Shown: in pieces, positions 1 to 8,606 of the stretch
Numbering within the stretch: position 1 is the stretch's first letter
How the letters are laid out: each line of letters starts with the position of its first letter
NCBI GenBank assembly: GCA_964602715.1
Contig: CAZRSB010000003.1
Span: forward strand, 5,783-69,782
Reading direction: 5' to 3'
Length of the DNA stretch: 64,000 nt
DNA from: an uncultured Thermoplasmata archaeon
GTDB taxonomy: Archaea; Thermoplasmatota; Thermoplasmata; Halarchaeoplasmatales; Halarchaeoplasmataceae
Position numbers and translations under genes: made by a program
Notes under the pieces: model-generated
What the model was told of the DNA's origin: nothing
Databases searched by the model: none
Seen by the model: only the letters and a program-made list of their open reading frames with translations

Positions 1-222
1 TCTCGAAAATCTCTGATAAATCTTGTGAAATATGTGGGTATCCGAAGAAAAAGAAGTCCGAAGAAGAGTGATTTAATTATCCTATTATCCCTTGTTTAAC
101 AGAAAACTTTCAATATTGAGGTACATCTTTTCATCTCCAAATATTCCTGATATAGTGTAATAATTTCTAAAAGAATTTTTTAAACTTAGAGTGATTTTAA
201 ATACTTGATTTCTATGATAGTA

Positions 223-720
223 TCAAAGATCCCGGAATTGTCTGTCCAGTTCACCGGTGTTTTTGGCTTCCTCCCAGGCAGCAATTTTTCTATGTATGAT
301 CCGTTTGTCCCTTTCGACAGAGGACATCCCTCTTTGGGTGAGATTTTTAGTGAACACTCTGAAATACACATCTTCTTCAGCATCATCCATTATGTAGTTG
401 ATCCTTTCCATAACCTCTTCAAGAGTCGGAGCTATGACGATATATCCTTCCCCAACATTACCATATGGTGGACACTCAATTACATGACCAGATTCTTTGG
501 GAGTAATGTCCTCATCATTCTGCCATACCTCTGCCATGGCTATTATATCCACGGTGGATTTTAACTTATTTCTAATCCTACTCGAAACGAAGTCGGAACC
601 TATTTGAAGAAACCCTGATTTTCCTTCACCAATCTTTTGCAGTTTAGCTTTAAGTTCATCAATCTTAGTTTTGCATTCCTTAGGACTTAAATTCTCGTAT
701 TCACTATGTGATTGAGTCAT
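223..720 (-). CDS. hypothetical protein; ORF extends to 822 but the internal ATG (MTQSHSEYEN...) at 720 is preferred as start
   Basis: Six-frame ORF 223..822. Sequence upstream of 720 is an AT-rich promoter-like stretch. No recognisable domain. Confidence 0.45.
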   Translation of the reverse strand: MTQSHSEYENLSPKECKTKIDELKAKLQKIGEGKSGFLQIGSDFVSSRIRNKLKSTVDIIAMAEVWQNDEDITPKESGHVIECPPYGNVGEGYIVIAPTLEEVMERINYIMDDAEEDVYFRVFTKNLTQRGMSSVERDKRIIHRKIAAWEEAKNTGELDRQFRDL

Positions 721-733
721 GGTTAAGGTATAG

Positions 734-1066
734 ATGTTATTAGGTAAAAATTTTTCTAATATCAAGGCTGATCGAAATTTAGAAAGCAGTTGTGAGGAGT
801 TAATAGAGGGCCACCCTACCAAAGATATAGAACGTAAAAGGATACCCTCTAAAGAGACAAATATAACGCCTTTAGCAAATGCTCCCGAGCCGATAAGAAA
901 GAAAAAACAAAAAGAGTATGATAAGGAATATAAGGAGAAAAAAGCAAACGAAAGGAGGGTGTTCTTAAAAGAACAGATAGCGAAGATAGAATCAACGATT
1001 CAAGATGTTAGAAATGACCTTAGCTATACATATTATCTGAAAAATGAACTGAGCAAAAAAAGATAA
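734..1066 (+). CDS. hypothetical Lys/Glu-rich small protein
   Basis: 110-aa ORF divergent from 223..720. Charged low-complexity composition. No motif; may be spurious. Confidence 0.25.
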   Translation: MLLGKNFSNIKADRNLESSCEELIEGHPTKDIERKRIPSKETNITPLANAPEPIRKKKQKEYDKEYKEKKANERRVFLKEQIAKIESTIQDVRNDLSYTYYLKNELSKKR

Positions 1067-1283
1067 ATTTAAAACTGACACTCCGATTTCTCTATAAACT
1101 CCAATATGAAGAAATCAAACAGAGAGAAGGACAAGCCACGTTCTTCTTCCCACGACCGCATATCATCGTGGGGAAAGAACTTTCACTTATACCGATTGCC
1201 CCGCCGATGTATAATCCTTTCACAAAAATCCGTAAACCATATATATTGTTAATTGAATATTTACCTACCAAATAAGTGAAAAA

Positions 1284-1658
1284 ATGGCAAAAGAAGGTTT
1301 GACGAACGAGGAAGAAGAATTGATAGACAGACTCATAAAAGCAGGTATTCAGAAGAACACGGCACGGACACTGGTTTTCGTTGCCAGCCAAGACGAAGCC
1401 AAAAGCAGAGAGATAGAGGATGCCACGGAGCTGAGACAGCCGGAGGTATCCATATCGATACAGGAACTGAGAGACCACGGATGGGTCAGTAGGCGGAAAA
1501 TCAAGAAAGAAGGAAGAGGAAGGCCAGTTCACGGTTATCAGCTAGATAAACCGATGGACGAGATAATCAAAGAGATAGAGGAGAAAGAAAGGGAACGTAT
1601 AGCAGAGATTGAGGAGAACTTAGAGGAAATCAAAGAACTCGTTGGATCATGCTTGTAG
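1284..1658 (+). CDS. winged-helix (TrmB/MarR-like) transcriptional regulator
   Basis: 124 aa. Helix-turn-helix with wing (TARTLVFVASQDEAKSREIEDATEL...GRGRPVHGYQL), followed by an acidic coiled-coil tail. Confidence 0.55.
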   Translation: MAKEGLTNEEEELIDRLIKAGIQKNTARTLVFVASQDEAKSREIEDATELRQPEVSISIQELRDHGWVSRRKIKKEGRGRPVHGYQLDKPMDEIIKEIEEKERERIAEIEENLEEIKELVGSCL

Positions 1659-1976
1659 ATCCAAAACAAAGAGCATTGTTTAGTCTTTCTAGAAATCTAC
1701 GTGATTAGTTATTTCAAAATCAGGCTAACATTGCCTTTTCCGTATAGTTTTTTTCTCTAACCCTACAGTGGGTATTAGGTACATTAAAAATTCTTGGATT
1801 ATGGGTTCAGTAGAAAACCTTCATTTTAGCCGATCTAAAGTTATAATAATCTTCTTCTTCGGTTTTATAACAACCTGTTTTTGCCCTAGATAGCCAATTA
1901 TTACTCCTTATTTAGAGGTTTTCTACAGAGCTAAAGAACAATAAATTTTTAATATAAAGTTAATAATGAATTACCA

Positions 1977-3074
1977 ATGCCAGAATATAAAAATCAACAT
2001 TATGTTCCACAGTATTATCTAAAGTTTTTTAATGACGGGAATAATAAGATTTGTGTTTATAATTTTGATAAAATGGATGAATTTATGGTACCAGTCTCTA
2101 ATGTATGTTCCAATACTTACTTTTATGGTGAAGGGAACATCGAAGAAAGTTTGAATGATTTTGAAACTCAATGCTCAGAATTGATTGAAAAAATAATTGA
2201 GAATGGTAATTTGAATAATATTAGCAATGAAGAGTACACTTTATTATTACAATTTATCCTATTCCAAAGAAGAAGAACAAAAAAGGCTAAAAACGAGATC
2301 GATGAAATTGTACAACACTTTTTCAGAGAGATTACAAAATATGGGGTTGAAAGCGGAGAATTAGACGAAAAAGCCTATGATTTAGCACAGAAAGGAAAAA
2401 TTAGACTAGAACATCCTATGTTTCAATACAGTCTATTATATGGTCCACTTTTTTACAGATTAATAGCCGATCTTGAACCTCTATTAATTCAAAATGAAAC
2501 AAAGAAGGACTTCGTTATAGGAGAACATCCCATAATATTTGATAACCCTTTATTTAAACATACGCAAATTCATGGTGGGATAGGACCGCTAAATAAAGGG
2601 TTGGTTATAATATGTCCATTAAGTACTGAATTTGCGATATTATTGTATGATCCTAAATCTTATAAGTTTGAGTTTGAAAATAGGTTGAAAATCAAAATTA
2701 AAGATCCTTTAGTGATTAAATCACTTAATATTTGTCAATATATCTATAGTGATTCAAATCTGTTCTATGGTCAATGTGGAAGAAAATATGAGATGAGAAC
2801 TATTCAAAAATATTTTAGAGAAGATAAACAAGAAGAAATGTCTAAACACATAGAATATACTCAATCGAATACTAAAAAATCGTTTTTACAATCAACTTCA
2901 AACCCTAGCGATTCTACACCTTATCTACCGTTCCTAAAAGAAAAAAACGGCGTCGAGTTTAAGTTAGAAAGAATAGAAGGTTTAAGTGAGGAAATCCATA
3001 AAGAAGTTTTAACGTATCTTGAAGATTTTTCTGAGTTATCAGAAGACGAGATTAAAAATCTATTCTTCACTTAA
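1977..3074 (+). CDS. DUF4238-family protein (candidate single-gene antiphage protein, Rst_DUF4238-like)
   Basis: N-terminus MPEYKNQHYVPQYYLKFF matches the HYVPQ(F/Y)YL(R/K)xF signature that opens DUF4238 (PF14022). Gene is very AT-rich relative to core genes. Confidence 0.6.
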   Translation: MPEYKNQHYVPQYYLKFFNDGNNKICVYNFDKMDEFMVPVSNVCSNTYFYGEGNIEESLNDFETQCSELIEKIIENGNLNNISNEEYTLLLQFILFQRRRTKKAKNEIDEIVQHFFREITKYGVESGELDEKAYDLAQKGKIRLEHPMFQYSLLYGPLFYRLIADLEPLLIQNETKKDFVIGEHPIIFDNPLFKHTQIHGGIGPLNKGLVIICPLSTEFAILLYDPKSYKFEFENRLKIKIKDPLVIKSLNICQYIYSDSNLFYGQCGRKYEMRTIQKYFREDKQEEMSKHIEYTQSNTKKSFLQSTSNPSDSTPYLPFLKEKNGVEFKLERIEGLSEEIHKEVLTYLEDFSELSEDEIKNLFFT

Positions 3075-3255
3075 ATTAATAATTCGACGGGTATTCTCTC
3101 CTGCATTTCGCGATCCTGCTACGGTCGATCATTCCGCTGTTCATTGCGATGGTGATGAAAGAGAAGAATATATGATGAAAAATTGATTACAACTGAGTCT
3201 AAACGATAATGTATCTCTAGATAATATAAAAAATAGTAATTAAATAAGAGGGTTT

Positions 3256-3408
3256 TTAAACATCGCTGATTCCATGCTTATGAGCACAGTCAACGTGAGC
3301 ATAGTCATCAATCTCTTCATAATAAGCTGGAGTTCCTTTTTCTCGTGTTTGACCTTCACCGCAGAATTTACAAGTCCTTCCCATTTTATATTGGAATGAC
3401 TTCTTCAT
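3256..3408 (-). CDS. small zinc-ribbon-like protein (50 aa), not in ORF track
   Basis: Manual translation: MKKSFQYKMGRTCKFCGEGQTREKGTPAYYEEIDDYAHVDCAHKHGISDV. Contains CxxC plus C/H ligands. Confidence 0.35.
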   Translation of the reverse strand: MKKSFQYKMGRTCKFCGEGQTREKGTPAYYEEIDDYAHVDCAHKHGISDV

Positions 3409-3746
3409 TCAAATAATTTTTGAGACCGTTGTTTTATGATGTCAAATTCATAATGAACCTCTACATTTTCTTTATAAAAAATTGGAACAGTATTTCATTT
3501 TCCACCTACTCAAACTCGCATCTCTCGCAATCCATCGATAGCTTCGGCACCGGGGTCTCCATCTTCAGTATGGCGAAAGAGAATAGTAAGGAGTAAGAGC
3601 ACCCAGAGGAGTACGAGTGAAAGAGATTTTTTCTGTGCTGTAATAGGTCATTAAATCACATCTGGGTCTACTGATAGTTTAGTTACCAACATCGAACAGG
3701 AAACCGTAATCATTATGAAACACCTATGTGTTTACATAGGGAGGAT

Positions 3747-4505
3747 ATGATGCGCAAGAACACTATGCTGACCTTGGAGGAGAGCGTGACAGAAACGGCC
3801 AAAACCATTGGTATAAATCTCAGTCAAGTGGCCGAGAAGGCCATAAAAGAGAGGATTCAAGAGATACTAAGACCAAGGGGAGAGGGGGTTGTTCAGATCC
3901 CCCAAACGGAAAAGGTGGTGCTAAAGAACGTCGGACATTTCCAAGGTGAGAGGGAATTTGAGTTTTCGAGCGGCGTGAATATCATAGTCGGGCCTAACGC
4001 TTCAGGAAAAACTACCATAATCGATTCGTTGAGAGCTGCCTATGGAGATGAAAGGTCTCCGACGAAGAACCAGTTCATGGAGGAAGAAGATGAGAGCTGG
4101 GTACGTGTCGTCCCTGAAAACGGAGCAATAAGAAGGAACGTTGGAGATGAGATCTCGTTCCCGCAGGGAGATACTTCTGAAAGGCTCGATCTAGAGAGAT
4201 TCGAGGGCTTAACCGAGGACGTTAAAGAGCGGCTGAAGTCTAGTGAAACTGAGAGAGCCCTATCAGAGGGAGATAGAGTTCTCAAGGAGATCATCCTCCA
4301 GTCGATGGCCACGAGAGGTAACGAATGTTATCTTAGAGATGGGACGTTGGCGATGTTAGATACAGAGATGAAAGAGATGGTTTTGGATTTCCTATATGAA
4401 CAGGAATTTCAGGTCATACTCACTTACCCTGAGAGAGGGGAGGAAGATAGCGTGATAAGTTCAGAAGATCACAACTTGATAGAATTGGGAGAGAGGAGGT
4501 CCTAA
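3747..4505 (+). CDS. compact ABC/SMC-head-like ATPase with N-terminal RHH-like segment
   Basis: GGAGG RBS at 3738-3742 precedes ATG 3747; the track ORF starts at 3726. Motifs: RHH-like MLTLEESVTETAKTIGINLSQVAEKAIKERI; Walker A GPNASGKTT in an EFEFSSGVNIIVGPNASGKTTIIDSL context typical of SMC/RecF/AAA_21 N-termini; signature-like LSEGDR; Walker-B-like TLAMLDTE; H-loop-like ILTYPE. No coiled coil. Confidence 0.55.
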   Translation: MMRKNTMLTLEESVTETAKTIGINLSQVAEKAIKERIQEILRPRGEGVVQIPQTEKVVLKNVGHFQGEREFEFSSGVNIIVGPNASGKTTIIDSLRAAYGDERSPTKNQFMEEEDESWVRVVPENGAIRRNVGDEISFPQGDTSERLDLERFEGLTEDVKERLKSSETERALSEGDRVLKEIILQSMATRGNECYLRDGTLAMLDTEMKEMVLDFLYEQEFQVILTYPERGEEDSVISSEDHNLIELGERRS

Positions 4506-4602
4506 AATATGTCAAAATTCATTCGCCCCCTATTAGAGGGTTTTAATTGTGAGAAAAAGTATTACATCCCCCGAGAGTTGAAAAGGAGGTATTGATGATC
4601 CC

Positions 4603-5814
4603 TTGGTGAAGATCATGTCAGGAAAAGAAAAACAGGGGTTACACGATCTTTCTGAGGAAGCGATGGACCATTTTATAGAAGGTGTGGAAAAGCAGGAAAA
4701 TGGTCTGTTAGAAGAGGCTATAGAAGAATATGAAAAAGTGATCTCTATCGAAACAAACGATGCTTCAACAAGGAATGATAACGTAGATGCTTCTCGTAGA
4801 AATGGAAAGTCCGGTGAGGAATCCCAGACCTATGATAAGGCCCCCTCTATCGAACCAAAACTCGTTAGAGTGTGGGGCATCAAGGGAAAGGCCCATTTTG
4901 AAAAGGAAGAGTACGATGAGGCCATAAGATGCTTGGACAGAGCCACTTTAATCGATCCCAAGTACACCAATATGTGGATCCATAAGGGAAATGCCTACTT
5001 TGGGAGGGGAGAGTATGATGAGGCTATTGAGTGCTACGATAAGGCTACTGCTATCGAAGCCAAGTATCCCGAATACGCTAAAGTCCTGAACAGCAAGGCC
5101 GAATATGCTAAAGGTTGGAATGGAAAGGGAAAAGCCTACCAAAAGAAAGGTAAGTATGATGAGGCTATTGAGTGCTACGATAAGGCTATCTCTATAGATG
5201 CTGGGGGCGGTATAACATGGGAGATCGATTCTGAGCATGCTATAGCGTGGAATAATAAAGGAAATGTATACAAGGAGAGAGGTGAGTACGATGAGGCTAT
5301 ACGATGCCTTGACAAAGCCACTTCCATCAAGCCAGAGTACACTAATGCGTGGATCAATAAAGGAGTTGCCTATGATGGAAAAGAAGAGTACGATGAGGCC
5401 ATACGATGCCATGAAAAAGCGATCTCTCTTGATTCTGAGAACGCTGGTGTATTGAATAACAAAGGATTGGCCTATGAGGGGAAGGAAGAGTATGAGAAGG
5501 CTATAGGCTTCTTTGACAAAGCCACATCCCTCGATCCTGAGTGTGTTGGAGCATGGATTAATAAAGGCAATGCCTACAGAAAGAAGGGAGAGTTTGACGA
5601 GGCGATCCGCTGTTGTGAGAAAGTTTTATCCCTAGATTCTACGGATCCTGTAGCTTCGGCCATAATCTGGGCTTCTAAAGGGATGGTACATCGGGATAAT
5701 GAGGAACTAACAGAGGCGAAAGAATGTTTTGAAAAGGCTCTTGATCTCTTTCCAGAGTTGTCAGAAGTTGAACCTGTTTTGTCTGAGGTCAAAGAAGAAC
5801 TAGCCGAAACGTGA
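4603..5814 (+). CDS. TPR-repeat protein
   Basis: About 9 tandem 34-aa repeats of the form W..KG.A.....EYDEAI.C.DKA..ID. Start codon uncertain (TTG 4603 or ATG 4615). Confidence 0.8.
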   Translation: MVKIMSGKEKQGLHDLSEEAMDHFIEGVEKQENGLLEEAIEEYEKVISIETNDASTRNDNVDASRRNGKSGEESQTYDKAPSIEPKLVRVWGIKGKAHFEKEEYDEAIRCLDRATLIDPKYTNMWIHKGNAYFGRGEYDEAIECYDKATAIEAKYPEYAKVLNSKAEYAKGWNGKGKAYQKKGKYDEAIECYDKAISIDAGGGITWEIDSEHAIAWNNKGNVYKERGEYDEAIRCLDKATSIKPEYTNAWINKGVAYDGKEEYDEAIRCHEKAISLDSENAGVLNNKGLAYEGKEEYEKAIGFFDKATSLDPECVGAWINKGNAYRKKGEFDEAIRCCEKVLSLDSTDPVASAIIWASKGMVHRDNEELTEAKECFEKALDLFPELSEVEPVLSEVKEELAET

Positions 5815-6129
5815 AGATTCAAAAACGTGGAGAGGAAAGAGAGGCTTAGATGTTAGGGGGGATTTTACCTTCCATCCAAAGCATCAGAAAGTCGAGCCCT
5901 CCCTGATAGTGATCTCTGTATTTCCTCCAAACATTTACTTGATAAATGTTTGAAAGTAAACAATATAGAGATTCTGGATGAATACATTACGTTGGCGGAC
6001 AAGAGATCAACAGGAGGCTCAACATGGTTAATCAGAAATAGCCTATAATGTCGTTGAGTCAATAAAAATTCATTCCCCAAAATGTTATATTCTTTTCATC
6101 ATTTTTACTCGAAAAAGAAGGTGAGTGGA

Positions 6130-7080
6130 ATGAAAAAATTGGAAAAGTATCTGAGAACCGATACACACCAAATGAAATTAAGTGGCTATGCCTACGACTC
6201 GGTGGGAGAGTTGATAGAAAATAAAAATATTTCGAGAGGGATATACGAAGGTTGGAAAAAAACGGGGTTGATCTCTGAACCTGAAGATTTCAAAGAAGAG
6301 GATGTTGGAATAACAAAATTGGAGACCGAGATTGATTTTCTCGCCACTTTGTCCAACTCAGACTTGAGTTGGAAGAATATAAGTGAATTTCTTTCTGAAC
6401 TCTCTAAGCCTTACCATTATGAGATTACTGGCTTATTTTATGATATAGGTAATGATAGGTTCATAGTCAAAGAAAATCTCTTGGAGGAAGAGTTGAAAAA
6501 AACTCGTGTTAGAGAATTTGAGGAGATTAATTTTGAAGACTTTTTACGCAAAAAAGAAACGAATTATGAGGATTTAAAAAAGTTAGAAACAATTGGCTTC
6601 CTCACAGATTTGCCCTCGAAGGATACAATCTTATCACTAGATGAACACAAAGAGGTCGATTTTCTCTGTGATTTATTGGAGAGCGGTTTAACTTGGGATA
6701 AAGTGAACACTCTTCTTGATAGGCTTGAGAAACCATACCAATACGATTCTAATGAACTATTATATAAGATTGAAAATGGAGAGTTCCTCACTAAAGGTGA
6801 TGTAATAGTAAATGAAATTAAAGACCAAATTATTTCTGAGGAGTACCTAAAAGAAAGAATAATGGATGAGCATGAGACTGAGATTATAGAAAGCACACTA
6901 CATAGTCTTCAGGAGAATCTCCAAGATTCAGAATTAGATTTAGTAGAAGACCAGCTAACTGAGGTTGGGGAAAAAATTATCTTTAGATGTAGGGAAATTC
7001 TAAATGAAAATATAGAGGAGATCTACGAAGAAAGAACCAAGGAGTTTGAATTAAGAAAGGATAGAAAGAGAGGTTTTTAA
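6130..7080 (+). CDS. hypothetical protein with internal ~55-aa tandem duplication
   Basis: Track ORF starts at 6082. ATG 6130 (MKKLEKY) follows an AGGTGA RBS. Two repeats: DFLATLSNSDLSWKNISEFLSELSKPYHYEITGLFYDIGNDRF and DFLCDLLESGLTWDKVNTLLDRLEKPYQYDSNELLYKIENGEF. Confidence 0.55.
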   Translation: MKKLEKYLRTDTHQMKLSGYAYDSVGELIENKNISRGIYEGWKKTGLISEPEDFKEEDVGITKLETEIDFLATLSNSDLSWKNISEFLSELSKPYHYEITGLFYDIGNDRFIVKENLLEEELKKTRVREFEEINFEDFLRKKETNYEDLKKLETIGFLTDLPSKDTILSLDEHKEVDFLCDLLESGLTWDKVNTLLDRLEKPYQYDSNELLYKIENGEFLTKGDVIVNEIKDQIISEEYLKERIMDEHETEIIESTLHSLQENLQDSELDLVEDQLTEVGEKIIFRCREILNENIEEIYEERTKEFELRKDRKRGF

Positions 7081-7254
7081 GTCTCTCTAGTCTTATTTAA
7101 AGGGTCAGAGATAGAGAGAGATTAACTTTATGCTAACATTATATCCACTAATTAGGGATGTTGGGGCTTCTGATAATAAATTAAATACCGGAGATCTTTA
7201 AACCCTAGGTCCTCTAATCCAAGGTCATGGCTAAAGATCCTCTATCTCTGTTTT

Positions 7255-8076
7255 TTAAGAGGCTTTGTACCCTTGACAGTTATCGCAGTACCATCTTTCA
7301 AATTCTTCGATAAATCGTAGAGATTTACTACAGTCTGGACACGGCGGGGAGCCGGGTTTTGGATCAGGTGAGTTAGGCTCAGATGGAGTTCTACATCTCC
7401 GTGAATCTCTAGACTTTTTTGGATCGATACCAGTCTCTCCAGTTGGCGAGTTTTCAGGTGAGCTTTCCTCTTTTTTTTCTTCGGGCGCATGTTCCTTATC
7501 CTGGTCGCTCTGGTCGTTCACCTCGATCTCTTCTTCACTGCCTTTCTCTTCGTCTATCTCTTGGGAGTTTTCCTCATCGAGTCCATCTTCCTGGACATCT
7601 ACTTTTTCACTTTCCTCTCTGAGATCCCCTTCTTCACTTTCTTCAAGAGCCTCTTCTTCCTCTACATCCTGCTGTTCCTCGTCTTCTTCACCTGCATCAG
7701 ATTCATCTTTTTCGCTTTCTTTTGTCTCTTTGGATACCTCTTCATCTCTTTCTTCTTTAGTCGGGCCCTCGCCTGGTTGGAGCGTGCTCTCTTCGCTCTT
7801 CATTTTCTTCTCTACTTCATCTTCTGAGATCTGTTCTTCCGATTTCTCAGACTTGCTCTTATTGTTCTGGATCCGATCGATGATCTCTCTGCGATCCCTG
7901 TTTTTCCTTTTCAAGTCCCTATCATTTTTCCGGTGCCATTCCTTTCGCTCTTTCATCTCATCTCTATTTGGTGGTCTGTAAAGTAGCGGAGCGTCCTCCA
8001 CGGGGGCTAAAAAAGGTTTTCGAAGTTCTTTTTCTGAGAGGGAAAACCCCTCTTCTAGATCTTCTTCAGCATGCAT
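7255..8076 (-). CDS. highly acidic, disordered protein with C-terminal zinc ribbon
   Basis: 273 aa of E/D/K/S low complexity ending in CPDCSKSLRFIEEFERWYCDNCQGY. Confidence 0.55.
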   Translation of the reverse strand: MHAEEDLEEGFSLSEKELRKPFLAPVEDAPLLYRPPNRDEMKERKEWHRKNDRDLKRKNRDRREIIDRIQNNKSKSEKSEEQISEDEVEKKMKSEESTLQPGEGPTKEERDEEVSKETKESEKDESDAGEEDEEQQDVEEEEALEESEEGDLREESEKVDVQEDGLDEENSQEIDEEKGSEEEIEVNDQSDQDKEHAPEEKKEESSPENSPTGETGIDPKKSRDSRRCRTPSEPNSPDPKPGSPPCPDCSKSLRFIEEFERWYCDNCQGYKAS

Positions 8077-8195
8077 GCTATCAATAAGTACTAGTTCGGA
8101 TAAACTATATAAATGTTTTTAATTCTACATATCACTCCATAATTATTAGCCCCTAATATTTAGATAGCATATTAGGCTCTAATAATCTGCTAAAT

Positions 8196-8489
8196 TCATC
8201 CTTTCCAGAAGCAATCATCACAAAAAACGCACCTCTTTCCTTCTAAATCTATTTTATATCGCTCTTTACACTCTTCAAAACCTTCTTGTCGCCCCTCTTC
8301 ACGGGCTTCTTCTATCTCTTTTTTGAGATCTAGACTATCTTTGATGATCTCCTCCAGCCAATCTTTTTTGCTCATATCTACTTCCTGGAGGAGTTCCTCC
8401 AATTCCTCTTTCAGTTCTCGATCAACTCGGAAATTAATAATCGGATTTTGCTTCTCATATTTCTCCCTGGAAGGCGCTTTATCAGCCAT
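8196..8489 (-). CDS. ribbon-helix-helix (CopG-like) domain protein with C-terminal Cys cluster
   Basis: PIINFRVDRELKEELEELLQEVDMSKKDWLEEIIKDSL resembles the RHH strand-helix-helix. C-terminus has CVFCDDC. Confidence 0.5.
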   Translation of the reverse strand: MADKAPSREKYEKQNPIINFRVDRELKEELEELLQEVDMSKKDWLEEIIKDSLDLKKEIEEAREEGRQEGFEECKERYKIDLEGKRCVFCDDCFWKG

Positions 8490-8532
8490 TATAATTATAA
8501 CATCACCTGCTCTATATAGTTTTTTTGTTTTC

Positions 8533-8606
8533 TACATAGTTTACTATATGGTTTTCCATACAGTTTTCCATATGGTTTGCTGTATGGTTTTCCATATCGT
8601 TTGCTA
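8533..8606. repeat. about 6 degenerate tandem copies of a 12-bp unit (TATGGTTTTCCA / TACAGTTTTCCA / TATGGTTTGCTG / TATCGTTTGCTA)
   Basis: Read directly in sequence. Lies 45-120 bp upstream of the RHH gene start (8489). The 8323..8697 ORF across it is a repeat artefact. Confidence 0.6.

Noticed and set aside
1092-1532. 146-aa minus-strand ORF overlapping the wHTH regulator gene
   Set aside because: Overlaps a better-supported plus-strand gene and has no motifs.
5865-6080. 71-aa minus-strand ORF between the TPR gene and the repeat protein
   Set aside because: No RBS, no motif, and it lies in a short intergenic region. Probably spurious.
8533-8606. Tandem 12-bp repeats considered as a CRISPR array
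   Set aside because: The unit is only 12 bp, there are no spacers, and no cas genes are nearby. It is an iteron-like or simple tandem repeat instead.
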